Assembly (NCBI GenBank): GCA_035326705.1
Contig: DAOLES010000004.1
Span: forward strand, 192,232-256,231
Direction: 5' to 3'
DNA from: Oligoflexia bacterium
GTDB lineage: Bacteria; Bdellovibrionota_G; JALEGL01
DNA: 64,000 bases
Shown: positions 38,438 through 48,371 of the stretch, piece by piece
Position numbering within the stretch: the first letter of the stretch is position 1
Layout: each line of letters starts with the position of its first letter
The notes under the pieces: generated by a model
Databases searched by the model: none
The model's input: only the letters and a program-made list of their open reading frames with translations
Told to the model about the DNA's origin: nothing
Program-made: the position numbers and the translations under genes

Positions 38438-38446
38438 AATTCAAAT

Positions 38447-38935
38447 TTAAAACTTAAAACCAAAACCCAATAACCACTCCATAGTGATTGGGGTGCCACT
38501 GGCACCAGCTAGACTGGTAAAGAAGTTAATATCACTGGAGACTTCATAATGATCACCCAGAGGTAAAACAATCCCTGTTCCTAAACGCATATCCAAAGTG
38601 TTTTGATTTTCAAGCCGACCATAACCAAGACCCAATAAACCATGAAATGATGCAGGGCCAATATATAAGTAATCATAACGTAGGCTAGGAATCATTTGAA
38701 AACGAAAGTTATCCCCAACGCCTACCAAGGTTAAAAAGTTTACACCCATGTTGTAACCCATTTCATAATCAAACTCACCACCAACGCGTAGTTGATCTTC
38801 CCAGTTTTGGACATTAAAAGCTGGGCCCATTTTAATTCGCAAAGAATAATCACCAGGAGCAGAAGTCATTTCTGCTTGAACAGATGGGACAGAGAAAAGA
38901 ACAATAATCAGTAATGCAGCAATTTTTTTAAACAT
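38447..38935 (-). CDS. Small outer-membrane beta-barrel protein
   Basis: Signal peptide; alternating amphipathic strands; C-terminal Phe. Confidence 0.5.
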   Translation of the reverse strand: MFKKIAALLIIVLFSVPSVQAEMTSAPGDYSLRIKMGPAFNVQNWEDQLRVGGEFDYEMGYNMGVNFLTLVGVGDNFRFQMIPSLRYDYLYIGPASFHGLLGLGYGRLENQNTLDMRLGTGIVLPLGDHYEVSSDINFFTSLAGASGTPITMEWLLGFGFKF

Positions 38936-38976
38936 ACTACATTTATATTGCGCAAGGCTACGCGCGTCAATGATTT

Positions 38977-39711
38977 TCTCAAAAGGTACGGCCTTACTTT
39001 TGAGATTGGCAAAATTTTTGCTTCGTAGGTTAAACCATATGCCAAGAAAACACCTTATAAGAGTAGCAGAGTATCCGTATCACGTGTATGCACGTTCCAA
39101 CAATAAAGAATGGTTTTATATCCCTATTGACGAAGTTTGGTTTTTGGCCGGACAAGTTTTAAAAACGGTTACTGACGTTTATGATGCCAGAGTACAGGCG
39201 TTTGTTTTAATGAACAATCATTTTCATATGGTGTTGTGGACACCTCAAGCTAATATAGATGCAATAATGAATTATTTCATGCGTGAAATGAGCAGAAAAA
39301 TTGCCTATAGAGCAGGCAGAATCAATCATGTTTTTGGTGGACCCTATAAATGGTCACTGATTGCAACAAGCTTGCATCAAGCCATTGTTTATAAGTATGT
39401 ATATAGAAATCCAGTTGTGGCCAACTTAAGTGAAAGTGTTTTAGATTACACATACTCAAGTCTAAGGTTTGTTAAAAAAGAAACAGAAGCATTATTTCCT
39501 TTGTTTGATGACTATGAAGGTAAACTTGCCCAGGAGATACCCAAGAACTTTAAAAAAAGAATTGATTGGTTGAATAAGCCATTCAATAATAAACAAAACA
39601 AGCTTATTGAGACCTCATTGCGGAGAAAAGAGTTTAGTTTTTCAAAAAGCAATACTTTAAAAACGGTTGTACGTTCACTCGTGACTCAAAAGTAAGGCAG
39701 TACCTTTTGAG
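38977..39711 (+). mobile_element. RAYT unit: an IS200/IS605-family Y1 transposase gene bracketed by two inverted REP-like hairpins (38977-39005 and 39685-39711)
   Basis: Left hairpin tctcaaaag-gtacggcctta-cttttgaga. Right hairpin ctcaaaag-taaggcagtac-cttttgag. The loops are reverse complements of each other with 1 mismatch. The right hairpin contains the CDS stop codon. Confidence 0.7.
39039..39695 (+). CDS. REP-associated tyrosine transposase (IS200/IS605 family Y1 transposase, TnpA_REP type)
   Basis: HxH motif 'NHFHMVLWTP'; catalytic Tyr region 'VYKYVYRNPV'; ~218 aa; no accompanying tnpB. Confidence 0.75.
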   Translation: MPRKHLIRVAEYPYHVYARSNNKEWFYIPIDEVWFLAGQVLKTVTDVYDARVQAFVLMNNHFHMVLWTPQANIDAIMNYFMREMSRKIAYRAGRINHVFGGPYKWSLIATSLHQAIVYKYVYRNPVVANLSESVLDYTYSSLRFVKKETEALFPLFDDYEGKLAQEIPKNFKKRIDWLNKPFNNKQNKLIETSLRRKEFSFSKSNTLKTVVRSLVTQK

Positions 39712-39712
39712 A

Positions 39713-39889
39713 TTATATTTCTGTGGTCCAGACGCCGCGCTCAGTGGTGCTTTTGTTTTTTTCACTGAGTTCATCTTCTTCACGGGGTTCATAGGCTGGC
39801 ATATCAAACTGCGGAATATAAAGAGGAATCGGTTCAAATTGTTCTTTTGAACGTTCTTGTTCTTCTTTTTGTTTAATGATGTGATTCAT
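39713..39889 (-). CDS. Small acidic hypothetical protein (doubtful)
   Basis: ORF only; start chosen at the internal Met 'MNHIIKQKEEQ'; no domain. Confidence 0.2.
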   Translation of the reverse strand: MNHIIKQKEEQERSKEQFEPIPLYIPQFDMPAYEPREEDELSEKNKSTTERGVWTTEI

Positions 39890-40119
39890 AAACAACCCCT
39901 TTCTAAAGTGTCTTGCTATATTATATTGCAAATTAAAAGCCAAAAACGGCTTTTGTTAAATGCTATAATTACAGACACTTATAAGGTAATCACCGGGACA
40001 TTGCGGTCAAGGGGTAGCTTTAATTCAGCCTAGGTGCGCAAAAAGTGTCACTATGCCAGCAACGTAAAGGGAGTAAATTTTCTTTGCTTTTGACTTAAAA
40101 ATAAAATAGAAAGCTAAGC

Positions 40120-40665
40120 ATGATGAAAAATAAATTCTTTTTAACAGTTCTTTTAGGCATAGGTTTAGTTAGCTTCACAGCAAAAGCACAAGAAAACAAT
40201 GGCTTTCACGTGGCGGCAGATTTAAACTTTGGTGTTGGTGTGGCCGCAGATAGTGGTGAAACTGATTCTGATACAGGTGTTGGTGTTAGCTTAAGAGTAG
40301 GATATCAACTGACAGATGAATGGATTGGTATGCTAGACTTGTTTACAACCGGCTATTCAAAAAATGACGTTAACACAAGCAATAACGGATTTATGTTGGC
40401 GGGCCAATATTATTTGCAAGACAATGCTTACATTAGACCTTCTATCGGTTTATCCAAAATAAAATTTAAAACGGATGTTTTAGGAACCAGTGTCTCAGCA
40501 GAAACTGACCTTGGTTTGGCTTTAGGGTTTGCCGGTGGTTATGAGTTTCCTGTGAATGAATTTTTGGTTGCAGGTCCAACAGCTAGAGTGATTTATAACA
40601 ATATTGCTGACGGTGGAACCTTTTGGAATTTTTCTGTGGGTGCAGAAATTAAAGCAACATTCTAA
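40120..40665 (+). CDS. Small outer-membrane beta-barrel protein (OmpA-like barrel/porin family)
   Basis: Signal peptide; beta-strand periodicity; C-terminal 'ATF'. Preceded by a ~150-nt leader with an extended -10 'TGCTATAAT' at ~39958. Confidence 0.5.
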   Translation: MMKNKFFLTVLLGIGLVSFTAKAQENNGFHVAADLNFGVGVAADSGETDSDTGVGVSLRVGYQLTDEWIGMLDLFTTGYSKNDVNTSNNGFMLAGQYYLQDNAYIRPSIGLSKIKFKTDVLGTSVSAETDLGLALGFAGGYEFPVNEFLVAGPTARVIYNNIADGGTFWNFSVGAEIKATF

Positions 40666-40693
40666 ATACAAAAATTAAAAATACTATAAACTA

Positions 40694-40721
40694 AAAAAGC
40701 CCGCTTATGCGGGCTTTTTTA
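40694..40721 (+). terminator. Rho-independent terminator
   Basis: AAAAAGCCCGC-ttat-GCGGGCTTTTTT. Confidence 0.8.
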
Positions 40722-40799
40722 TATGTAGCGGTAGTTTAGGGTTTACTTTCTCTAACAAGCTTTAAAAATTATTGGCACAGGTAAATGTTTTTATACAGA

Positions 40800-41786
40800 T
40801 TAAAGGTTAAAAATAAATTGTTCCAGTTGCCAGCGAGCGGGAACGGGGCTGGATTTAAATTGTGTATCTAGGTGATTGAGCTGTGTAAACACTTGGTACA
40901 ATTTCTGACCGGATAAACGTTTTGCTTGCTGTAAATATTTTTTAACAGTGAAGGGGGGAATCCCAGCTTTTTTGGCTATGCTGGCAGGGGGGCTGGCTGC
41001 AAGAGTTTTGCAGAGCATAAGAATACGGGTATGTCTAATCAGTAAGCTTAAAACAACCAAAGGATGGTCACCCTCTTGTAAAATGAATTTGAGTGTTTCA
41101 AGAGCAGCAGGTTTTTTTTGTTCAAAAACCAAATCAATCAATGAGAAAAGATCTTGTCCACTGGACTGTAAAACAACCTGATGAATGTCTTCTGCGTTTA
41201 CTTGGTTTTGAGGATGTTTGTACAAGGCAAGTTTTTCTAGACTATGAAATAGCTTTGCTAGGTCAGCTCCAATATAATCCAGTAAAAGAGTGGCTGCTTG
41301 TGGATCAAGACTTAAGTTTTTTTCTTGGCTGAATTGCTTTAACCAAGAACTCATTTCATGAATAGAGGGTTGAGGACATTCTTGTAAAAGCTTGTGTTTT
41401 TGCAAAAGCTTGGTCAGTTTTTTGCGTTTATCCAGCTTGGGGGCAAAGACAATAATTTGGGTAAAATCAGACGGTGATTTTAAGTAGCTTTCCCAAATTT
41501 TGCTATCCTCTTCTTTAAAATCCTTGTTTAAATAGACCTTAAACAGTTGTTTGGGGGCCATCAAAGCAAAGGTGTTGGCTTGATCAAAAATGGTTTTCCA
41601 ACCGTCCTGTTCAGCATTAAAATTGACTTCATTAAAGTCACCCATTTGTGCCAAGCTTTGCTTGGTTTTTTGATATTCAAGGTTTTGTAAAAAGCGGTTA
41701 TCGCCAAAAAGAATGCGTATGGGAGGAGGGGTTTGCACAGCATTGTGATGCCTGTATTTATGCAATATTGCAAGGAGAATTTGCAT
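40800..41786 (-). CDS. holA: DNA polymerase III delta subunit
   Basis: Length and layout of HolA. Start moved to the internal Met ('MQILLAIL') to avoid overlapping metG. Confidence 0.6.
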   Translation of the reverse strand: MQILLAILHKYRHHNAVQTPPPIRILFGDNRFLQNLEYQKTKQSLAQMGDFNEVNFNAEQDGWKTIFDQANTFALMAPKQLFKVYLNKDFKEEDSKIWESYLKSPSDFTQIIVFAPKLDKRKKLTKLLQKHKLLQECPQPSIHEMSSWLKQFSQEKNLSLDPQAATLLLDYIGADLAKLFHSLEKLALYKHPQNQVNAEDIHQVVLQSSGQDLFSLIDLVFEQKKPAALETLKFILQEGDHPLVVLSLLIRHTRILMLCKTLAASPPASIAKKAGIPPFTVKKYLQQAKRLSGQKLYQVFTQLNHLDTQFKSSPVPARWQLEQFIFNL

Positions 41787-41831
41787 TTGCTGATTCGCTT
41801 GGTGTAGTAAGAGCCCATGAAGCGTTTTTAC

Positions 41832-43358
41832 ATGACCACCCCTCTCTATTATGTCAATGATACTCCCCATATAGGCCATGCCTATACCACAGTGGTAGCA
41901 GATATTTTGACCCGTTATCATCGTTTGTATGGCAATGAAACTTTGCTGTTAACAGGAACAGATGAACATGGGCAAAAGGTACAAAAAGCAGCCTTGGCAG
42001 CCAACAAAGACCCTCAAAAGCATTGTGATGAGATGGCTCAGAACTTTACGCAAATTTGGCAAGAGTTAAACATTGATTATGACATTTTTTATAGAACCAC
42101 AGCCACTGATCATAAAGCGGTTGTGCAAACATGTTTGCAAGAATTGTTTGATAAGGGAGAAATTTACGCCAAGGAATATGAAGGTTGGTACGCGCAAAGT
42201 GAAGAAGTGTTTTATACAGAAAAAGATTTGGTTGATGGTAAAAGTCCGCAAGGCAATGACGTAGAAAAAATCACAGAACAAAATTATTTTTTTAAAATGT
42301 CAGCCTATCAAGATCAATTGGTGGATTACATTGAAAGCCATGATGATTTTATTTTACCCAAAAGTAAAAAGAACGAGGTTTTAGGCTTTTTAAAAAAACC
42401 TTTGAATGATCTGTGCATTAGCCGTCCCAAAGAGCGTTTAAGTTGGGGAATAGAGTTACCCTTTGATAAAAATTATGTCACCTATGTTTGGTTTGATGCT
42501 TTAATTAACTATGCTGCAGCAGTTGGACTAAAGCAAGATGAACAACAAGAAACATTTAAACAGTGGTGGCAGCGTCCCAATGGTGCCATTCATTTGATTG
42601 GTAAAGATATTTTGATGACGCATGCTGTGTATTGGCCTACCATGCTGATGGCATTAAATGTGGACTTACCCAAAACCATTTTTGCCCATGGCTGGTGGTT
42701 AACAAACAATGATGAAAAAATGAGCAAATCCAAAGGCGCGGTGGTTAAACCCTTGGATATGAAAGATATGGTAGGCGTGGATGCCTTACGTTATTTTTTA
42801 ATCAGAGATATTCGTTTGGGCAATGATGCGCAGTTTTCTCAAGACTTGGTGGTGACTAGAATCAATACGGATTTGGCCAACAACTTAGGCAACTTACTTA
42901 ATAGAGTCAGTAATTTGGTGAGCAAGTATTTTGATGGCAAGATGCCAGCCATGCAAGACTTGAGTGAAGAAGAAAAACATTTAAAAAATAAAGTCTTGGC
43001 CTTAAAAGCTGAAGTGAAAACTTTAATTGATGATATGGCTCCAGATCAAGCCGTGGCAAAAATCTTTGATGTATTGACCTTGGTGAATCAGTATGTGGAT
43101 GAAAAAGCGCCATGGAAAATGGCCAAAGAAGACGTGTCTGCAGCGGGGCATGTTTTAGGGTTTTGTATAGAAACCATTAGGGTCTGTGCCATTTTGTTAC
43201 AACCGGTGATGCCAGAAAAAATGCAAAATCTTTTTTGTAGACTAGGTGTAAAAAATACAAATATTGATCAAGCAGAACAATTTTCAGTGCTCAATACGGA
43301 TGTGAAAATTGAAAAGGCAGACCCCTTATTCCCTAGAATTGATTTGCCAAAAAATTAA
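41832..43358 (+). CDS. metG: Methionine--tRNA ligase (short form without the C-terminal tRNA-binding domain)
   Basis: 'HIGHAYTTV' HIGH motif and 'KMSKS' motif; start may be 41817. Confidence 0.9.
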   Translation: MTTPLYYVNDTPHIGHAYTTVVADILTRYHRLYGNETLLLTGTDEHGQKVQKAALAANKDPQKHCDEMAQNFTQIWQELNIDYDIFYRTTATDHKAVVQTCLQELFDKGEIYAKEYEGWYAQSEEVFYTEKDLVDGKSPQGNDVEKITEQNYFFKMSAYQDQLVDYIESHDDFILPKSKKNEVLGFLKKPLNDLCISRPKERLSWGIELPFDKNYVTYVWFDALINYAAAVGLKQDEQQETFKQWWQRPNGAIHLIGKDILMTHAVYWPTMLMALNVDLPKTIFAHGWWLTNNDEKMSKSKGAVVKPLDMKDMVGVDALRYFLIRDIRLGNDAQFSQDLVVTRINTDLANNLGNLLNRVSNLVSKYFDGKMPAMQDLSEEEKHLKNKVLALKAEVKTLIDDMAPDQAVAKIFDVLTLVNQYVDEKAPWKMAKEDVSAAGHVLGFCIETIRVCAILLQPVMPEKMQNLFCRLGVKNTNIDQAEQFSVLNTDVKIEKADPLFPRIDLPKN

Positions 43359-43381
43359 ATTTAAAAAGAAAATAATAAATC

Positions 43382-45025
43382 TTATAATTTGCAAATAGAA
43401 TAAGACGGTCTGCTATAGATCATGGTTTTACATAAACTGTAAGGCTCGTTGTGATCTTCTGCAATAAAATCAACAGATGAAAATAAAGTGTAATTATTGT
43501 TGTAGGGAGGAAAAATTAAGTAAGCATTTTGTTTTAAGTCTATGGACGTATCTGTTTTTTGAAAAAAATAAAAACTATGCGGCATAAAATCTATAAAAGT
43601 TAAAGCTTCTAAGCCGTAGTAATAAGAGTAAAAATAAAATATACTTTTTTCTGGCAGCTCCTGCTTAATAAAATCTGCCACCTCGCTTTGCGGTTTCCAA
43701 TTGAGTATATGATTAACCGGTAATCCTATACCTCCTTTTGGACGAGCTGAGTGCCGTTTTACATGCCATAGTTCAAACTTTTTTTGAGAGATGTTAAAAG
43801 TATGAGAGTAGGTTGGATAATCTAAATTAAAGCCAATCAACACAAGCGCGGCCAAGGCAATAAGACGTGCACTTAAGGGTTTTTTAGATGGATCAAACAA
43901 AGCATGAATCAATAACGATAAAAATATTCCAAAGAGGCACCAAGCAAAAAACATAGGCCCCCAAAGATGTCTAAACCAACCGGTTTTATTTAAAATAATA
44001 AACCAAGCAATGTAAAAAAAATGGCTCAAGTACAAGGTGTTAAGACAAAAGATTTTTTTCAGTGTATCCTGTTTTTTATAAAGCACAAAAGCAATGGCAA
44101 GCCAAAAGACAAGAATGCTGTACACCCCAAGATCATATGACACGGTTATATTGGTTTGAATCTGTTTGAATATTTTTTCTAAATCAAAATGATTAAAGGT
44201 TGAAGTGCCAGAGCCACCATAAGAAAACTTAAGAAGACTTGCAGAAAAATAGGTTTTTACTGCTTGAAAAGAAAAGATGTTAATAATGATAATGATTTTT
44301 ATCAATAGCCAAGAAACAGGGCTGATGAGAAAAAATGTTAAGTATTTAAAACTGGCTTTTAAAGGCTTTTTTAAAAAAACAGCCACTAAAAAACCTGATG
44401 CTGGAATAAAGTAGATGACTTTGCATAAAACAGCAAAAGATAAAAATAGACTTGATAGGTTGAGTTGATTTTTTTTATAAAATAGTAAGGCCAATAAAAA
44501 AAACAGTAGTCCGGTAGATTCAGCATAGTTTTGATAAATATATTCCATGTAAATTTGAGGTAAAGTGTAGAAACATAAAAAAACACAAAAGCAAGCCAAC
44601 TTGCCAAAATGTTTTGCAGTTAGTCCAAGCACAAGCATGAATAAAAGTGTCATCACCATAAATGGGATAAGGGCAGCGGAGAATCGATTGCTGCCAAAAA
44701 TAAATACAGTTATAGCTGCTGCAAGGGTATGAACAGGGCCCACAGTCGCATGCAGGTCAAACCAATTGAATCCGTGTTCATCAATAAGCGCGCAGGTGGC
44801 AAAAATATCATTGATACAGTCTTGTTTTTGCGGAGTGTAATTGCTGTCTATTGGCACAAGGGAGGATGCATATTTTCCATGCAGCGCAAGATTGTGTGAA
44901 GTACTGTAAAACCAAGCACTGTCTTGGCTGATTCCACCGTAGGTATGAAAAAAGACCAAACCTTTTAACATCAGAATAAAGGTCAGCGTGACGGTTAAGC
45001 AAAGGGCTTGATTTCTTTTTTGCAA
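43382..45025 (-). CDS. Polytopic membrane protein, ArnT/PMT-like glycosyltransferase (GT39/GT83-like) candidate
   Basis: More than 10 TM helices; N-terminal region with a 'DxD'-like loop; no firm motif match. Confidence 0.4.
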   Translation of the reverse strand: MQKRNQALCLTVTLTFILMLKGLVFFHTYGGISQDSAWFYSTSHNLALHGKYASSLVPIDSNYTPQKQDCINDIFATCALIDEHGFNWFDLHATVGPVHTLAAAITVFIFGSNRFSAALIPFMVMTLLFMLVLGLTAKHFGKLACFCVFLCFYTLPQIYMEYIYQNYAESTGLLFFLLALLFYKKNQLNLSSLFLSFAVLCKVIYFIPASGFLVAVFLKKPLKASFKYLTFFLISPVSWLLIKIIIIINIFSFQAVKTYFSASLLKFSYGGSGTSTFNHFDLEKIFKQIQTNITVSYDLGVYSILVFWLAIAFVLYKKQDTLKKIFCLNTLYLSHFFYIAWFIILNKTGWFRHLWGPMFFAWCLFGIFLSLLIHALFDPSKKPLSARLIALAALVLIGFNLDYPTYSHTFNISQKKFELWHVKRHSARPKGGIGLPVNHILNWKPQSEVADFIKQELPEKSIFYFYSYYYGLEALTFIDFMPHSFYFFQKTDTSIDLKQNAYLIFPPYNNNYTLFSSVDFIAEDHNEPYSLCKTMIYSRPSYSICKL

Positions 45026-45161
45026 ACAATAATTGATGATATTGTTTAGAATAGGATTAAAAGAGGTATGTTTTACTGCTGGAATAATACATCATGCTAA
45101 CAAAAAATAGGGTGTATACAAAGCAAAATTAAAATTTGTTAAGCCGCTAAAGCCAGAAATT

Positions 45162-46259
45162 TTAATCAGTGTTTAATATGCAAAGTTGATAAAACTCTTC
45201 TGGGAGGGTTTTTTGTTGTTCTTGGTTGTCAGCAAATACTTCATCAAAACTTGTATGGATAATGTTTCCTTGTTTAAAGCCTAAAATTTGATTGAATTGT
45301 TTTTGTTTAATCAACTCAGCAGCTTTTGCAGCCAATGAAAAAGCCAGAATTCTATCCATAGCACTGGCTGCACCACCGCGTTGCAAATGGCCCAGAACCA
45401 AAGAACGGGCATCCCAATCAACAAAATCATTCATCCAGTCACTAATATAATCAGCTATGCCGCCATAGCGTATACCGCCTTTGGCACTCATGCCTTTAAA
45501 GCTTTCATCTTGTTCAAAGATTTGTATTGGCTTATCATTTTCATCCAGCAATATGGCCCCTTCAGCTACGGCAATCAGCAAGTATTTTTTTTGCCCTTCA
45601 AATCGCTTAAGAATATTTTGTTTGAGCTGATCCAATCGAACGGGGTGTTCAGGAACTAAAATAATATCACAATTTGAGGCTAATCCAGCATAGGCTGTTA
45701 AATGACCGGTATGTCTACCCATCACTTCAATGACCATGGCACGACTATGGCTTTTTGCGCTGGTTTTAACTTGCTCTATGCTTTGGCAGACAGTTTCTAC
45801 AGCGCTGACAAAACCTATGCTAAAGTCATTGTGTGGGATATCGTTATCAATGGTTTTTGGGATGCCCATGATGGGGATGCCAAGTTTTTCATGAATTTGC
45901 TTGGCTACATAGAGGGTGCTATCCCCGCCAATGATGACCAAAACATCCAAAGCATGTTCCTTGATGGTTTTGGTGATGTTATCCAATTTGTCTTGTGAGT
46001 TGAGGGGAAAACTTTTGGCACTTTTTAAAATGGTTCCACCTTGATGACTGATTTCATCAATCATGCTTGCGTCCATAGGAATAAATTGATTTTCAATTAA
46101 ACCATTCCATGAACGATAAAAGCCAATGACCCGGTTGTCAGGTAAACTGGCTTTGATTAAGCCGGCTATAGCGTTGTTAAGACCGGGACAGTCACCGCCT
46201 CCTGTAATAAGGCCTATATTTAAAGCGTTGTTTGTTTTTGACATGATTCTAACATCCAT
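45162..46259 (-). CDS. pfk: 6-phosphofructokinase
   Basis: 'GLITGGGDCPGLNNAI', 'IGGDSTL', 'MGRHTGHL' PFK motifs. Confidence 0.8.
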   Translation of the reverse strand: MDVRIMSKTNNALNIGLITGGGDCPGLNNAIAGLIKASLPDNRVIGFYRSWNGLIENQFIPMDASMIDEISHQGGTILKSAKSFPLNSQDKLDNITKTIKEHALDVLVIIGGDSTLYVAKQIHEKLGIPIMGIPKTIDNDIPHNDFSIGFVSAVETVCQSIEQVKTSAKSHSRAMVIEVMGRHTGHLTAYAGLASNCDIILVPEHPVRLDQLKQNILKRFEGQKKYLLIAVAEGAILLDENDKPIQIFEQDESFKGMSAKGGIRYGGIADYISDWMNDFVDWDARSLVLGHLQRGGAASAMDRILAFSLAAKAAELIKQKQFNQILGFKQGNIIHTSFDEVFADNQEQQKTLPEEFYQLCILNTD

Positions 46260-46555
46260 TGTTGATAGTTTGCATCGACATGACTCAGATTAATGCTGAT
46301 AATTTCAGGGCAATCATAAGTATGATGCTGTTTAATGCATTCATATAGCTTTTTTTCTAAATGCGATAAAGTTTTAAAGTAAACTAAATATTCTTGGCTT
46401 TCTTCAATAGTACCATCCCATTTATACAGGGATGTCATAGGACTTTGAATTTGTGCGCAGGCGCAGATATTTTGTTCTATACAAACTTGAGCTACTTTTT
46501 TAGCCAGCTCTTTAGAGGGAAAACTGCTCATAATTATGAGACTGTGTTTTTTCAT
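46220..46555 (-). CDS. cutA: Divalent-cation tolerance protein CutA
   Basis: ~110 aa CutA1 fold sequence ('...CACAQIQSPMTSLYKWDGTIEESQEYLVYFKT'). Confidence 0.75.
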   Translation of the reverse strand: MKKHSLIIMSSFPSKELAKKVAQVCIEQNICACAQIQSPMTSLYKWDGTIEESQEYLVYFKTLSHLEKKLYECIKQHHTYDCPEIISINLSHVDANYQQWMLESCQKQTTL

Positions 46556-46684
46556 ATGAGAAAGCTAACAAAAATACAAAAACATGGCCAGTGCTATTCA
46601 ATCTATGGATTGATTTTGCTTAAGTTTTAGCACTTTTTATACACAAGCTTTGAAATAAATAGATATTTTTTTAGCCAAGGCAGT

Positions 46685-48346
46685 TTAATTTGAATTGTTT
46701 GTACTAAATATATTTTCATAACTTGACTTGCTAATAAAACCATAACGTTTAAGAAGGTAGAGTTTATTTTGGTATTTATCTGCGCAAACATTTTGTTCAG
46801 CATTAACCAGTTTTGACCACCATTGCGGATGAGGATGTCTTTTAATCTCTTCAACATAGGTGGCAACATCTTCTTGGAGTGAGAAGTTCCCATATGGCCG
46901 GATATATCCACAAAATGGCCTTTTAGAGAGATCGTGCAACAGTTGGTTTTCAGTATGGGATAGGTTTTCTCCACTTAATATTTTTGAGTAAACAGCAATA
47001 GCTTCAGCAGAAGCCTTTAAATCATGATTCCAGACTTGAAAGTAAAGATCTTCATTGCCAAATACAAGTTGTTTGTAATCTTCATCATTCACTTTTTGCC
47101 ATAGATCGTTAAAATATGACGATTGATCATAAGTGAGTATATTATGGTAAGCATGTGCAAGTTCGTGAAAAAATTCTGGTAAACCCATGCTAGGAGAAAA
47201 GTTGATTTCTTGGTTTACAATATGGGTATACACTTTCTTTGATCCCACAGAGAAACTAAGAACTGATGCTTGAGTGTCTGCTGAACTTAAGTCGTGGTCT
47301 GAACTGTTCTTAATAAAAATTTTGGTTAATTTGGGTAGGGGTGGATGATCTTTTGCCCAGCTTTGTAAATAATTCAGCAGCTGATAAAGTTCTTCATTGG
47401 CGATGCGGATCATATAATAGTTGCGACCAGTCTGTTTTACAAGGTGTTCGTTGGTATAACCACTGTCATCAACTTGCCTTAGATCAGGGTAATGGTTTTG
47501 TAACTTTTGAATGATGTAGCTCTTGGTAATTAGTCTGGCAAGCAATTGGCTTGCAGAAAGATGTTTCTCATTTAAGGTTAATCCAGATGAATTGTGGGCT
47601 GAGTTCAGTAGGTAACTATGCAATTTGATATCTAAATATCCAAGGGAGTGCTCATCAGACAAGTAGACGATAGGTGTAAATGTTTTTTTATCGCCGTGTG
47701 CAGTAAAACTTTTGAGTTGAATGGGAATAGGGTTTTGTGTATGCGCAATGCCTTCAAAGTTTAAGGGTGCATGCAGTTTGTTACTGTAAAGTGAAAAAAT
47801 GGGTGTATTAAGTTCGTCATTAAAATAAAGTTCAAGTTGGGCTGGATTATCGCTGTATAAAGACAGTGTATGTTGAGTTGAGTTTTTTTGATAGCGCACA
47901 TAAGCGTGAGGATCAATTTCTAAACTAAGGTTTGCCAAGCTATCATGGATCATAGGTTGATAATCCGGCTTGAAAGTAAAACTAACTGCCTCATGCTTTC
48001 CAGGATAATAAGTGAAGGATTGATTCTCAGTGTTGTTGTAAAAACAGGCCAAAGATAGTTTTGAAGAGCAATTTTCAGTCAAAGCAATCTGATAGGTAAA
48101 ATCAGGGAGGTAGTCAGGTTTGAAAATAGATAATGTAAACCCATTGAGCATAAGTTTTTTATTTTTATTAATATAAACAGATAATACATTGGAGTACTTA
48201 TCATATACACAATCATCGCATTCAATATGATGGTGTCCTAGCATTTGGTTGATATTGCCAGCAAAGCTTGTGCTTAGTAAAACAAAACAAATTAGTACAA
48301 AAAATCTCATGCAATGCGTCTTATAATAATCAATAATAAAAATCAA
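46685..48346 (-). CDS. Secreted protein with an HExxH motif (candidate zinc metalloprotease)
   Basis: Signal peptide; 'FFHELAHAYHN' is the only HExxH; no other family assignment. Confidence 0.4.
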   Translation of the reverse strand: MIFIIDYYKTHCMRFFVLICFVLLSTSFAGNINQMLGHHHIECDDCVYDKYSNVLSVYINKNKKLMLNGFTLSIFKPDYLPDFTYQIALTENCSSKLSLACFYNNTENQSFTYYPGKHEAVSFTFKPDYQPMIHDSLANLSLEIDPHAYVRYQKNSTQHTLSLYSDNPAQLELYFNDELNTPIFSLYSNKLHAPLNFEGIAHTQNPIPIQLKSFTAHGDKKTFTPIVYLSDEHSLGYLDIKLHSYLLNSAHNSSGLTLNEKHLSASQLLARLITKSYIIQKLQNHYPDLRQVDDSGYTNEHLVKQTGRNYYMIRIANEELYQLLNYLQSWAKDHPPLPKLTKIFIKNSSDHDLSSADTQASVLSFSVGSKKVYTHIVNQEINFSPSMGLPEFFHELAHAYHNILTYDQSSYFNDLWQKVNDEDYKQLVFGNEDLYFQVWNHDLKASAEAIAVYSKILSGENLSHTENQLLHDLSKRPFCGYIRPYGNFSLQEDVATYVEEIKRHPHPQWWSKLVNAEQNVCADKYQNKLYLLKRYGFISKSSYENIFSTNNSN

Positions 48347-48371
48347 AGGGTTTAGACTAAAGTTAAGATGG

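Noticed and set aside
40800-41921. holA and metG ORFs overlapping divergently by ~100 bp as given in the ORF track
   Set aside because: Both ORFs have in-frame internal Met codons (41786 and 41832) that give a normal non-overlapping divergent arrangement. The overlap is an ORF-caller artefact, not unusual biology.
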